Assembly (NCBI GenBank): GCA_964351755.1
Contig: CAYGPT010000001.1
Span: 95,474 to 159,473, forward strand
Origin: an uncultured Rhodobacterales bacterium
Lineage (GTDB): Bacteria; Pseudomonadota; Alphaproteobacteria; Rhodobacterales; Rhodobacteraceae
DNA: 64,000 bases
Direction: 5' to 3'
Below the pieces are notes generated by a model that was not told where the DNA came from, did not search any database, and saw nothing but the letters and a program-made list of their open reading frames with translations. This document shows positions 47,801 through 57,075 of the stretch, in pieces. The position numbers and the translations under genes were made by a program. Within the stretch, counting starts at the first letter, position 1, and every line of letters begins with the position of its first letter.

Positions 47801-47940
47801 CCGATGGCATCGTTGATGATACGCTTGGGCAGTTCGAGCGTGGCGTACAGGAACGGGAACGTCACAACTGTCAGCGCGAGCAGTGCAAGCTGATCTTTTT
47901 TGGAATGCTTCCAGATGAAAGCGAAAAGGCTGGAATCCAT
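44863..47940 (-). CDS. ABC-exporter-like membrane protein with a degenerate nucleotide-binding domain and a C-terminal cyclic-nucleotide-binding domain
   Basis: aa 1-330 form a type-I exporter TMD. The Walker A position reads [13 protein letters not shown], the signature LGGTN, and Walker B VLVLDR. There is a ~320-aa insertion. aa ~873-1000 form a cNMP-binding fold ([17 protein letters not shown]). Confidence 0.8.
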   Translation of the reverse strand: MDSSLFAFIWKHSKKDQLALLALTVVTFPFLYATLELPKRIINDAIGAADDVIAVWNFELTQVQFLLALCFGYLAAVVAHGLLKMRLNTMKGVTAERLLRRFRYSLIARMLRFPRSYFRSTGQGELVSMVTSEAEPMGGLMGDMVAQPVFQAGQMLIILVFLFIQSFWFGLAGIALIPLQAWLIPMMQRRINLLNKERIKEMRAFSSEIGESAAGISDLRTNGGLRYRLAQFTDRLGRLFYIRFKIYQQKFLMKFLNNFITQLTPFFFYSVGGYLAIQGQITVGALVAALAAYKDLSSPWKELLTYYNQTQDMAVRWEVVTERFGPNGMIDEALFEGEPEEIPHLQGDIVIKDVTVRNADNNPVLENIDLTIPKGARVAIQARNESERTAFAELLTREVLPTRGKIEIAGFDLSQMHQAVIAARIGYAHSRPYLFDGTLGSNLLMPLMTSPRTVPIDRGKKDKMLIESLRAGNSADQVNTDWVDPALAGLNDSDDIRKWWFELVQAMGIDEFMFRRMLTSRIDAETHPELAKAIVKLRPAVEKCLREKGVIDVVHRFDPDEFNPAVPLGGNLLFASPKREISQEGLAANTMFMNLILDHGVAEQGIAISQTLIETLHQTFGMDGTNHPLFTALNISEEMYERLVDIAQRRREKGDAALSDEEFALLLTVPFAFTAEQIGPAFPDSFKKEIVAIRKANGDALREQTEDFFVPIAPDNYLPRLTLLENALYGRISMVAGLKGEMVEDLVADLIKDEGLRRLVAETVFDIPTGLGGTNLPPVFHERAAFSRAGIKRPDVLVLDRALASHDADERRTTRNALRGMLPDATLIFLEEKFENPDAYDLFVEIKGGRIDGVQNHEDTESDDLSRKLRVIARTDMFANISTRNQRLLAFAAQWYDANTDQRIFSMNEKPDAAYLCISGSGLLSYDAPDGGQRTVSAVEPGRLIGDLAIILDEPRQLNLTATAKSKFLRIGAAEFRAVLENDSTVLLGLLQTVAGHLTGAAELLRQANISIPQDEGPPPPPLDE

Positions 47941-48105
47941 GAGATCGTCCTGATTGGTCCTGCCCGATTACGGGTCGACATCAAACCCCTGCCGGAACCG
48001 TCTGAACTACCTAGTGCCCGGGTGTACGCATTACAACCGCGTCCTGCGCTTGCAGGGATGCGGACCAATGGCTATTCCGGTGCAAACGTTTCAGGGAGAG
48101 GCCAG

Positions 48106-49869
48106 ATGCCAGACGGCAAATTCGACAAATCCAGATTGCCCAGCCGCCACGTGACCGAAGGCCCGGCGCGCGCGCCGCACCGGTCCTATTACTACGCCAT
48201 GGGCATGACCGAAGAGGAAATCCATCAGCCACTGGTCGGGGTTGCCACCTGCTGGAACGAGGCCGCGCCCTGCAACATCGCGCTGAACCGTCAGGCCCAG
48301 TCGGTCAAGGTTGGGGTCAAGGCCGCGTCGGGGACTCCGCGCGAATTCACCACCATTACCGTGACCGACGGCATCGCCATGGGTCACGAGGGTATGCGAT
48401 CGTCTTTGGCCAGCCGCGAGGCGATTGCCGACACGGTCGAGTTGACCATGCGCGGGCATTGTTATGACGCCATCGTGGGTCTGGCGGGGTGTGACAAGTC
48501 CCTGCCGGGCATGATGATGGCGATGATCCGTCTGAATGTGCCATCCGTGTTCCTTTATGGCGGGTCCATCCTGCCGGGTCGTGTGGCCAAGAATGCGTCC
48601 GTCCCTGCCGAATACCTCGACCGCGACCTGACAGTTCAGGACATGTTCGAAGCCGTCGGCCATCAGCAGAACGGCACAATGTCCGAGGCGGAACTCGACA
48701 TTCTCGAACGGGTGGCCTGCCCCTCTGCCGGAGCTTGCGGCGGACAGTTCACGGCCAACACGATGGCTTGCGTGTCCGAAGCGATCGGCCTTGCCCTGCC
48801 CAACTCCTCCGGCGCACCGGCGCCATACGAGAGCCGCGATGAGTACGCCAAGGCATCCGGTGCTGCCGTCATGAACCTGATCGAAAAGAACATCCGTGCC
48901 CGTGATATCTGTACCCGTCAAGCGTTCGAAAACGCGGCGCGCATCGTGGCCTGCACAGGCGGGTCGACCAACGCGGGCCTTCACTTGCCTGCGATGGCGC
49001 ACGAGGCGGGCATTGACTTTTTTCTCGAAGACGTGTGCGAGATTTTCCGCGATACCCCTTACTTCGTCGACCTCAAACCAGGCGGGCAATATGTGGCCAA
49101 GGATCTCTACGAGGTGGGCGGCGTTCCTGTCGTGATGAAGGAACTGCGCAAGGCAGGTTTGATCCACGAGGATTGCATGACGGCCACAGGCTATTCCATC
49201 GGCGAGGAGCTGGACAAGAACACGCTCGAAGCGGATGGCAAAGTCATCTATCCGGTCGAAACGCCGATCACAAAGACTGGCGGTGTTGTTGGCCTGAAAG
49301 GCAACGTCGCACCCGAGGGGGCCATCGTGAAAGTTGCTGGCATCGAACCCCAGCACCAGATTTTCACCGGCCCGGCCCGCGTCTTCGAATGCGAGCAGGA
49401 CGCGTTCGAGTCCGTGCAAAACCGCACCTACAAGGAAGGCGACGTATTCGTCATCCGCAACGAAGGCCCTTCGGGCGGTCCCGGCATGCGCGAAATGCTG
49501 GCGACGACTGCGGCCTTGTCCGGGCAAGGCATGGGCAAGAAGGTGGCTCTGATCACCGATGGCCGTTTTTCGGGTGCGACGCGTGGCTTTTGTGTGGGTC
49601 ATGTTGGCCCCGAAGCAGCCCACGGCGGCCCAATCGCCCTGCTGCAAGACGGCGATGTAATCACAATCAACGCAATTGAAGGGTCAATCAACGTCGCCCT
49701 TTCGGACGATGAATTGGCGGAGCGCAAGGCGGCATGGGCCGGCCCGCGCGAAACGCTTTATGGTGCCGGCGCGCTTTGGAAATATGCCCAATTGGTGGGC
49801 GCCACCTACAAAGGGGCGGTCACCCATCCCGGCGCCAAGGCTGAGCGTCATGACTACATGGAGCTGTAA
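48106..49869 (+). CDS. ilvD: Dihydroxy-acid dehydratase
   Basis: IlvD/Edd family motifs ([51 protein letters not shown]). ATG 48106 has a GGGAGAGG RBS. Confidence 0.95.
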   Translation: MPDGKFDKSRLPSRHVTEGPARAPHRSYYYAMGMTEEEIHQPLVGVATCWNEAAPCNIALNRQAQSVKVGVKAASGTPREFTTITVTDGIAMGHEGMRSSLASREAIADTVELTMRGHCYDAIVGLAGCDKSLPGMMMAMIRLNVPSVFLYGGSILPGRVAKNASVPAEYLDRDLTVQDMFEAVGHQQNGTMSEAELDILERVACPSAGACGGQFTANTMACVSEAIGLALPNSSGAPAPYESRDEYAKASGAAVMNLIEKNIRARDICTRQAFENAARIVACTGGSTNAGLHLPAMAHEAGIDFFLEDVCEIFRDTPYFVDLKPGGQYVAKDLYEVGGVPVVMKELRKAGLIHEDCMTATGYSIGEELDKNTLEADGKVIYPVETPITKTGGVVGLKGNVAPEGAIVKVAGIEPQHQIFTGPARVFECEQDAFESVQNRTYKEGDVFVIRNEGPSGGPGMREMLATTAALSGQGMGKKVALITDGRFSGATRGFCVGHVGPEAAHGGPIALLQDGDVITINAIEGSINVALSDDELAERKAAWAGPRETLYGAGALWKYAQLVGATYKGAVTHPGAKAERHDYMEL

Positions 49870-50476
49870 GGTCCTGTCTGCGGGGGCCATGTTTTTGGCC
49901 CTTGCAGCATGTGACGACCTTGCCGCTTTGGATGGCGGTGCCAGTGAGGGTAAAGCAGCCAACGCCCTACCATTTGCGACTTTGGCGCGTGGTGCTGTGA
50001 CCCTTGTTCCAGCAGCGGGCTTCTGCATCGACAAACGCAGCCTAAGGGCAAGCTTTGCGTTGATGGCGCGGTGCGACACATTGGGTGGCACCACAATCTT
50101 TGGCGCGCCGATTGCGTTGATGACTGCTGCCGCCGTGTCGAAACCGGCGGCCACGGGTGCGGCGAGTGCGGGCTTTGGGCCGGAGGGTGAAACCATCCTT
50201 GTGCGTCGGCAATCAGATGCGATGACCCTGCTCAAGGTAAAAGGCGCGCCACCCAGCCCAGATATGCGTGACGAATTCTGGCGCGCCATCGGGCAAGTGG
50301 GGGATCAGGTCGTCGGCCTTGCGATTTACGAGGCGTCGGGCGGGGCGGACCTGGGCGAACGCGCGCCCGACCTTTTGGTCCAGACGATGCGCCGCACCCA
50401 GGCGCAAACCGATCAACGGGCACGCGCTGCGCAGGACAATTCTGCAACGGCAACGTCAAAACCCGCGACGAACTAG
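49850..50476 (+). CDS. Hypothetical lipoprotein
   Basis: Lipobox LALAAC after a hydrophobic leader. It overlaps the ilvD 3' end if ATG 49850 is used; a later start at about 49889 is possible. Confidence 0.55.
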   Translation: MTTWSCKVLSAGAMFLALAACDDLAALDGGASEGKAANALPFATLARGAVTLVPAAGFCIDKRSLRASFALMARCDTLGGTTIFGAPIALMTAAAVSKPAATGAASAGFGPEGETILVRRQSDAMTLLKVKGAPPSPDMRDEFWRAIGQVGDQVVGLAIYEASGGADLGERAPDLLVQTMRRTQAQTDQRARAAQDNSATATSKPATN

Positions 50477-50562
50477 GCAATGCCCGGTTTATTTCAAAGA
50501 AACCTTTGGCATAGATAAGAAAGCCCACCAAAGCAGGGGCGGCCAGGACGGCACAAGGGTAA

Positions 50563-51336
50563 ATGGCAGGCAAGACGATCAGGTTTATCGAAAAGCTGGC
50601 GCACAGGCGTGCCATGCGCCGCTGGGCGCGGGCCGCGCGCAATGCGGCTGAAACGAAGCTGGGCGAATTGCGCGCGCAACGTGCCTCGGCCCGGTTGCTG
50701 CGCAGCCACCTTGATCGCCTGATCCACCAGGCCGATGAACGTCTGGCACTACCCGCGCTGGGTTCGACCACCTTTCCCCGACCTCACAATGCGGACTGGT
50801 CCTGGCGGCCTGAATTGTGGCGTGGCCCTTTGCCGAACCCGGGCATGTCGTCTGTTCAGACAAAATCCATGCTGGGCCGCGAGGCCACGCTGTTTCACGA
50901 CTGCGCCCTCAGTGAGTTGACCCTGCGCCAGTTGCGCAACCTGCGCGAAGAGGATCTGGCCCCTTACGGCTTGCGCCTCGACGTCTTCAAATTCGACGGT
51001 TCGTTCCTGTCGCTCGTCATCGATCTGCCGCACGAGGCAGTGCAGGGGCTTCGCAAGACTCATCTGGTAGGCATGAACGCGATCGTCGAGATGGAAAAGC
51101 CGCTGGAAATTTTTGGCCGTCTCAACATCAGGCACGGGCCAAACACCGAACAGATCGTGCGCGAATTGCCCCTGAACCAGCAAGATGTGACCGTGGAATT
51201 CGATCTCGCCTATTCGAAACTGAACGAAAAGCGCGTAGAACGGGCGTGGGTTGACTTGATTTTCGAAGGGCCACAGATGAACCAGATCACGTTGCGCGAC
51301 CTGACATTCTCGCGCCGTCCGCGCGCCGCGCTGTGA
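50563..51336 (+). CDS. Conserved hypothetical protein (basic helical N-terminus, globular C-terminus)
   Basis: 257-aa ORF with coding-like composition. I recognise no motif. Confidence 0.6.
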   Translation: MAGKTIRFIEKLAHRRAMRRWARAARNAAETKLGELRAQRASARLLRSHLDRLIHQADERLALPALGSTTFPRPHNADWSWRPELWRGPLPNPGMSSVQTKSMLGREATLFHDCALSELTLRQLRNLREEDLAPYGLRLDVFKFDGSFLSLVIDLPHEAVQGLRKTHLVGMNAIVEMEKPLEIFGRLNIRHGPNTEQIVRELPLNQQDVTVEFDLAYSKLNEKRVERAWVDLIFEGPQMNQITLRDLTFSRRPRAAL

Positions 51337-51352
51337 TGCAAAAGGAGGCCAG

Positions 51353-51724
51353 ATGAGTACCCTGACACTGACCCCGACAAAGATGCGCCATGGCGTCTGG
51401 CAAGGCATCGTGCAGCAGACTGGCACCGGCGTACCCCAGATCAAAGTGACTCATCTGGGCACAAAGGTGCCGGACGTCGTTGTAGCAGAAAGCGCAACCC
51501 AAGGAGAATGGCGCATTGAGGTGCCGATTCCCGCGACCGCAATCGCGGACGGTGTACAGGTTTTCCTTATCTCGGATGCAACTGATGACGAACAGCTGGG
51601 CCAGTTTACCTTAATCGCAGGCGAAGCTTTGGGCGACGATATCCGCAGCGAGGTTGAATTGCTGCGCGCGGAACTGGACATGCTCAAGCGCGCCTTCCGG
51701 CGTCATTGCGTCGAAACCGCCTGA
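51353..51724 (+). CDS. Hypothetical protein (beta-rich N-terminus, C-terminal coiled coil)
   Basis: 123-aa ORF 16 nt after the previous gene, with an AAGGAGG RBS. I recognise no motif. Confidence 0.55.
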   Translation: MSTLTLTPTKMRHGVWQGIVQQTGTGVPQIKVTHLGTKVPDVVVAESATQGEWRIEVPIPATAIADGVQVFLISDATDDEQLGQFTLIAGEALGDDIRSEVELLRAELDMLKRAFRRHCVETA

Positions 51725-51819
51725 CAGAGCCATGGGAAGGTTTTGAAGGCCTCGTTCGTGTAACCGCACTTGATTGCCCAACTGTAAAAACCCGATCAAG
51801 CCAAGTCCAAGTCGGTCTA

Positions 51820-51896
51820 TGGCGACCCCGGCAGGATTCGAACCTGCAACCTGCCCCTTAGGAGGGGGCTGCTCTATCCAGTTGAGCCACGGGGTC
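51820..51896 (-). tRNA. tRNA-Arg (anticodon CCT)
   Basis: Hand-folded 77-nt cloverleaf: acceptor GACCCCG/CGGGGTC, D arm GCTC-AACTGGATA-GAGC, anticodon arm GCCCC-CTCCTAA-GGGGC, T arm GCAGG-TTCGAAT-CCTGC, encoded CCA. Confidence 0.95.
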
Positions 51897-52025
51897 GTGC
51901 CGCTCCCGATTAATGCCTCTTGACGCCCTTGTCACCCTTTTGGCGCAGCAACACGCCATTGCACACCTTGAATTCCCTGCGCTTTTGGCTCTAACTCGAA
52001 ACACGCTTTTCAAAAAGGACTGCCA

Positions 52026-53054
52026 TTGACCGATCGCGCCCAACGCCCGCTTACCCTGCGCGATGTGTCCGCAGCATCCGGTGTTTCCGAAATGACCGTA
52101 AGCCGCGTGTTGCGCAACCGGGGGGACGTGTCTGAAGCCACCCGGACCAAAGTGCTTGAGGCGGCCAAGGCGCTTGGCTACGTGCCCAACCAGATCGCTG
52201 GATCGCTTGCGTCACAGCACGTCAACCTTGTTGCGGTCATAATCCCGTCGCTGGGCAACATGGTGTTCCCCGAGGTGCTGAACGGCATCAATCGGGTGCT
52301 TGAGGATACACCGCTGCAACCAGTGTTCGGCGTAACGGACTATATGCGCGACAAGGAAGAGCGGGTTCTCTACGAGATGCTTTCCTGGCGTCCTTCGGGC
52401 GTCATCATTGCCGGGCTCGAACATTCTGACGCGACACGCGCGATGCTGAAAAACGCGGCGATTCCCGTGGTCGAGATCATGGATACCGACGGCAATCCAG
52501 TCGACAGCATGGTCGGCATTTCGCACCGTGCTGCCGGTCAGGAAATGGCTCGCGCGATCCTGAAACAAGGCTACAGCCGTATCGGGTTCATGGGCACCTC
52601 GATGCCGCGTGACCACCGTGCGCGCAAGCGTTTCGAGGGTCTGACCGAAGTGCTGGCCAAGGCGGGGATCGAGATCGAGGCACGGGATTTTTATTCCGGG
52701 GGTTCTGCGCTTGCCAAGGGCCGCGAGATGACCAAGGCAATGCTGGATGCCAACCCTGATCTTGATTTTCTGTATTATTCCAACGACATGATCGGTGCCG
52801 GCGGGCTTCTTTATCTGTTGGAACAGGGCGTCGACATCCCCGGTCAGATTGGCCTAGCGGGTTTCAACGGGGTGGAGCTGTTGGATGGATTGCCCCGTCG
52901 TCTTGCCACGATGGACGCTTGTCGGCTTGAAATCGGGCGTGCGGCGGCCAACATCATATTGGACCGTGCCGCTGGCGATACCGAATCCAAGCACATCACC
53001 TTGACGCCCAAAATCTCCTATGGTGACACGCTGCGCCGCAATCGGCGGCCGTGA
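52026..53054 (+). CDS. LacI-family transcriptional regulator
   Basis: N-terminal HTH LRDVSAASGVSEMTVSRVLRN and a periplasmic-binding-fold C-terminus. TTG start per the ORF track. Confidence 0.85.
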   Translation: MTDRAQRPLTLRDVSAASGVSEMTVSRVLRNRGDVSEATRTKVLEAAKALGYVPNQIAGSLASQHVNLVAVIIPSLGNMVFPEVLNGINRVLEDTPLQPVFGVTDYMRDKEERVLYEMLSWRPSGVIIAGLEHSDATRAMLKNAAIPVVEIMDTDGNPVDSMVGISHRAAGQEMARAILKQGYSRIGFMGTSMPRDHRARKRFEGLTEVLAKAGIEIEARDFYSGGSALAKGREMTKAMLDANPDLDFLYYSNDMIGAGGLLYLLEQGVDIPGQIGLAGFNGVELLDGLPRRLATMDACRLEIGRAAANIILDRAAGDTESKHITLTPKISYGDTLRRNRRP

Positions 53055-54259
53055 CCCCGTTTACTTTGACGAACGGCGCCGCCCGGCGCGTGTTTCTGGA
53101 TCGTCACGCCCTGTCGGACCCGCCGCAAGGACCCGCGCAGGGGGCGGAGTTGCTGGCACTGATCGAACGGCTTGGCTTTGTACAGCTTGACAGTATTAAT
53201 ACCGTCGCACGCGCCCACGACCTGATCCTGTTCGCACGCAGACAACGTTTTCGCCCCAAAGCCCTCAAGTTGCTCTATGAACGAGACCGGGCGTTGTTCG
53301 AACACTGGACCCATGATGCAGCCGTGGTGCCAATGGCCTTTTATCCCTACTGGCATATGCGCCGTCAGCGGGACGCCGAGCTGCTGAAACGCCGCTACAA
53401 GAATTGGCGAAGGGACGGGTTCGAGGCGCAGTTTCAAACCGTTCTGGACATGATCCGCGACCGCGGTCCCGTCTGTTCCTCGCAGGTAGGTGAAGGAGAG
53501 GAACGCGGATCGGGTGGTTGGTGGGACTGGCATCCGTCCAAGACTGCGCTGGAGTACCTGTGGCGCAGTGGTGCGCTTTGTGTTGTCAAGCGGCAGGGCT
53601 TTCAGAAGTACTATGACCTCACAGAACGGGTGATCGACCGGACCGCTGCGGGCAACGCCCCTGACGAAGAGGAAACGATCGACTGGTGCTGCCGCGAGGC
53701 CCTGAACCGCCTTGGCTTTGCTACCCATGGCGAACTGGCCGCCTTTTGGGATCACATCAGCCCGGCAGAGGCTAAGGCGTGGTGCACGCAAGCCTTGGCC
53801 TCAGGGCGCATCATCCAAGTCAATGTCACCTGCGTCGAAGGTAGTAAACGCCCCGCTTATGCGTGGCCAGATTTGCCCGATTGTCCAACGCAGGATCAAG
53901 ACCCGACGCCGCGTCTGCGGGTGCTCAGTCCTTTCGACCCTGCCTTGCGTGACCGAAAACGGGCCGAACGATTGTTTGGCTTTGAATACCGGATCGAGGT
54001 CTTTGTCCCAGAGCCCAAGCGGACCTACGGCTACTATGTCTTTCCGCTGCTCGAAGGAGACCGACTGGTGGGGCGGATCGACATGAAAGCATTTCGCGCC
54101 GAGGATACTTTACGCGTGCGCGCGCTTTGGCCGGAACGTGGGGTGCGGTGGGGCAAGGGGCGCCAGCGCGCGCTTGAAAGTGAGCTTGACCGGATGTTGC
54201 GGCTGGCGGGGGTCAGCCAGCTTTCGTTCGACAGCGATTGGCTGCGCAGTCCGCTTTAG
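53051..54259 (+). CDS. ycaQ: YcaQ-family winged-helix protein (interstrand-crosslink DNA glycosylase family, DUF1006)
   Basis: The N-terminus ARRVFLDRHALSDPP...LIERLGFVQLDSINTVARAHDLILFAR is typical of the YcaQ family. The GTG start overlaps the lacI-family stop. Confidence 0.7.
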   Translation: MTPFTLTNGAARRVFLDRHALSDPPQGPAQGAELLALIERLGFVQLDSINTVARAHDLILFARRQRFRPKALKLLYERDRALFEHWTHDAAVVPMAFYPYWHMRRQRDAELLKRRYKNWRRDGFEAQFQTVLDMIRDRGPVCSSQVGEGEERGSGGWWDWHPSKTALEYLWRSGALCVVKRQGFQKYYDLTERVIDRTAAGNAPDEEETIDWCCREALNRLGFATHGELAAFWDHISPAEAKAWCTQALASGRIIQVNVTCVEGSKRPAYAWPDLPDCPTQDQDPTPRLRVLSPFDPALRDRKRAERLFGFEYRIEVFVPEPKRTYGYYVFPLLEGDRLVGRIDMKAFRAEDTLRVRALWPERGVRWGKGRQRALESELDRMLRLAGVSQLSFDSDWLRSPL

Positions 54260-54297
54260 GCGATTGCAGATACGCACGGACACGCTAATGTCGCGCC

Positions 54298-55044
54298 ATG
54301 CAAAACAGCCCCTTCGCTCCGACGATCCGCTCTGTTGGCCTGAACGGCCTGCTGGTCACCTTCGGAGATTCCGCAACGGATGCCGCCAACCGGGCCGCTA
54401 TCGCCTTTCGCAGCGCGGTGGATGATCAGGACTGGCCCGAAATCGCGGAAAGTAGCAGCACGTTGGTGTCCGCCTTTTTCCGTGTAGACTTGTCCGAGCA
54501 TCGCTTTGACGACCTTCGGGCACGGATGGATGCGGTTCTGCAGAAACGGGACTGGACCGATGCGACCTTGCCTACGGGCCGTTCGCTCTGGACGATTCCG
54601 GCTGTTTTCGGCGGCGACCGCGCCCCGCAACTGGCCGAAGCGGCGGACGCTGCCGGGCGGACCGAGGCCGAAGCCGAGGCAGACCTGACATCCGCCCGTT
54701 TGCGCGTGCTGACCTTGGGTTTTGCCCCCGGTCAGCCCTATCTGGGCACGCTGGGCGAGGCATGGGACATTCCGCGCCAAGTGGGTTTGTCCCCCAATAT
54801 CCCTGCAGGCGCGCTGGTTGCGGCCGTGCGCCAGATTTGCCTGTTCACCAAGGATACGCCGACCGGATGGCGACATGTGGGTCAATCCGCGTTCGCCTGT
54901 TTCAGACCGCAAAGCGACACGTCCTTTCCCCTGTCACCGGGGGACGAGGTGCAGTTCACATCCATCAGCGCCAAGGAACTGGCCCGCATCGAAGCACACA
55001 ATGCCGACGGGTCTGGTGGGGCTGTGCGCGAGGTGCTGGAATGA
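54298..55044 (+). CDS. pxpB: 5-oxoprolinase subunit B (KipI/allophanate hydrolase subunit 1 family)
   Basis: 248 aa with the typical motif FAPGQPYLG. Followed by pxpC and pxpA. Confidence 0.8.
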   Translation: MQNSPFAPTIRSVGLNGLLVTFGDSATDAANRAAIAFRSAVDDQDWPEIAESSSTLVSAFFRVDLSEHRFDDLRARMDAVLQKRDWTDATLPTGRSLWTIPAVFGGDRAPQLAEAADAAGRTEAEAEADLTSARLRVLTLGFAPGQPYLGTLGEAWDIPRQVGLSPNIPAGALVAAVRQICLFTKDTPTGWRHVGQSAFACFRPQSDTSFPLSPGDEVQFTSISAKELARIEAHNADGSGGAVREVLE

Positions 55045-56063
55045 GGGGCCTGCGCGCGCTTCAGGCTGGACCAGCAATAGCGCTGCAGGACCTCGGGCGG
55101 CCCGGATTTCTGGCCAAGGGCTTGACCCGTGGCGGGGCTGCCGATGTGCTGGCTGTGCATGAAGGTGCCGCGCTGCTGCGTCAGGACGCGTCAATGGCCG
55201 TTCTGGAAATGGTCGGCACAGGTGGTGTGTTCGAAGCGACCGAGGATGTGCGCGTCGCGTTCACCGGTGCCGTGATGACCGCGCAGATTGACGGCGGTGC
55301 ATTGGCGTGGAACGCAAGCCACACCTTGACCAAGGGCGCAAAGCTGACCATCGGGCCGACGCGGTCGGGCACCTACGGCTATCTGCATGTAGGCGGCGGG
55401 TTCGCGACCGAACCCACACTGGACTCGCGCGCGGCACACCTGTCTGTTGGCCTTGGCGGACTTTTGCAGAAGGGCGATGTACTGCCTATAGGTTCGGACA
55501 TGGGCAAGGACGTCGGCATGAAGCTGTCACCCGATGCACGCCTATCGGGTGGCACGGTGCGTATCGTACCCAGCATGCAGACCAATGATTTTGAAAAGGA
55601 TATCCGGGCACGTTTCGTGGCGACGGAATTCCGCCGAGACCCGCGCGCCAACCGTCAGGGCGTGCGCATGGACAGCGACGGCGACGGGTTTTCCAACCCC
55701 AAGGCGCTCAGCATAGTGAGCGAAGTGATCGTGCCCGGCGATATTCAGATCACCGGAGATGGCACGCCTTTTGTGCTTATGGCGGAATGTCAGACGACAG
55801 GGGGTTATCCCCGGATTGGCACAGTCTTGCCCTGTGATCTGCCGCGCGTGGCGCAGGCCGCTGCCGGGGCGCTCATCCGGTTCCAGTTTGTCACGCTTGA
55901 CGAGGGGGCGGCCATTCAGGCCCGGGCCAGTGCAGAGATGCGCAAGCTTCCCGGTACGGTGACGCCCCTTGTGCGAGATCCTGCGACGATGCAGGATTTG
56001 CTGAGTTACCAATTGGTCGGTGGTGTGGTCTCGGCCACAGCGCCGACCGTGGAAGAAGGATGA
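55041..56063 (+). CDS. pxpC: 5-oxoprolinase subunit C (KipA/allophanate hydrolase subunit 2 family)
   Basis: ATG 55041 overlaps the pxpB stop. Motifs LQDLGRPGF and QTTGGYPRIG. Confidence 0.8.
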   Translation: MRGLRALQAGPAIALQDLGRPGFLAKGLTRGGAADVLAVHEGAALLRQDASMAVLEMVGTGGVFEATEDVRVAFTGAVMTAQIDGGALAWNASHTLTKGAKLTIGPTRSGTYGYLHVGGGFATEPTLDSRAAHLSVGLGGLLQKGDVLPIGSDMGKDVGMKLSPDARLSGGTVRIVPSMQTNDFEKDIRARFVATEFRRDPRANRQGVRMDSDGDGFSNPKALSIVSEVIVPGDIQITGDGTPFVLMAECQTTGGYPRIGTVLPCDLPRVAQAAAGALIRFQFVTLDEGAAIQARASAEMRKLPGTVTPLVRDPATMQDLLSYQLVGGVVSATAPTVEEG

Positions 56064-56070
56064 TGGGTTG

Positions 56071-56838
56071 ATGCAAGTCGATCTGAACGCCGATATGGGC
56101 GAAAGCTTTGGCCCCTGGACCATGGGCGACGATGCGGCCCTGCTGAACACGGTGACATCCGCCAACATCGCCTGTGGCGCGCACGCGGGCGACGGCGATG
56201 TGATGGCTGCGACCATGGGTATCGCACTGGCTAAGGGTGTCGGCATCGGGTCGCATCCCGGTTTTGCCGACATTCAGGGCTTTGGCCGGCGGCGCATCGA
56301 CATGCCACTGAAATCCTTGCAGAATTCGATCCGCTGTCAGGTAGGGGCGAGCTTTGGGATGGCCCGCGCCTTGGGGGCCGAGGTGCACCATGTCAAGCTG
56401 CATGGCGCCTTGGGCAACATGACCTCCGAGGACGAAGCTATGGCGCGCGGCTGTTTCGAGGCAGCGCTGTCGGTGCTGCCTGACGCGATCATCATGGTGC
56501 TGGCAGCAACCGCGCAGGAACGCGCGGTACGCAGTCTGGGCGCGCGGTTTGCCTGCGAGATTTTCGCCGACCGCGCCTATAACGCGGATGCAACACTGGT
56601 AGACAGACGCAAGCCCGGCGCGGTGATCCACGATGCAGAACTGGCCGGGCGACGCATGGTCGAGATGGTCAAGGCCCAAGCCATCATCACCGAGGACGGC
56701 ACACGGATCGAGACCCCGATCGACAGCATCTGCTGCCATGGCGACACGCCCGAAGCGGTCGGGATCGCGGCCACTGTACGCCAGATGCTTGAGGGTGAGG
56801 GGATCACCGTCAGGACCTTTGACGGACGGTCGGGATGA
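56071..56838 (+). CDS. pxpA: 5-oxoprolinase subunit A (LamB/YcsF family)
   Basis: The N-terminus VDLNADMGESFG...ANIACGAHAGD is the LamB/YcsF hallmark. Confidence 0.9.
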   Translation: MQVDLNADMGESFGPWTMGDDAALLNTVTSANIACGAHAGDGDVMAATMGIALAKGVGIGSHPGFADIQGFGRRRIDMPLKSLQNSIRCQVGASFGMARALGAEVHHVKLHGALGNMTSEDEAMARGCFEAALSVLPDAIIMVLAATAQERAVRSLGARFACEIFADRAYNADATLVDRRKPGAVIHDAELAGRRMVEMVKAQAIITEDGTRIETPIDSICCHGDTPEAVGIAATVRQMLEGEGITVRTFDGRSG

Positions 56839-57075
56839 GCGCACGCATAACGGTGTGATTCCGGCAGCCGCCCATTTGGCGAAGCGGATCATTTATGCTG
56901 GTAAAACTCGGAGTTGAACAGGGCACCGGGCGCGCGCACCCGTGCGCCAGGGCAGTGCAGCATCGAAGTTTCGGGCGTTGTTGCGGGCGCTTTCAAAGCC
57001 GTTCGTGAACAAGGCCTTACCGGCCTGGAAAAAGGGGCAGAGGCCAATTCCGTCCGCGGCATCCCCGCGTCGAAC

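Noticed and set aside
51820-51896. tRNA-Arg as an integration site for a genomic island or prophage.
   Set aside because: There is no integrase, phage or transposase gene on either side. I found no direct repeat of the tRNA 3' end in the window, and the neighbours look like ordinary conserved genes.
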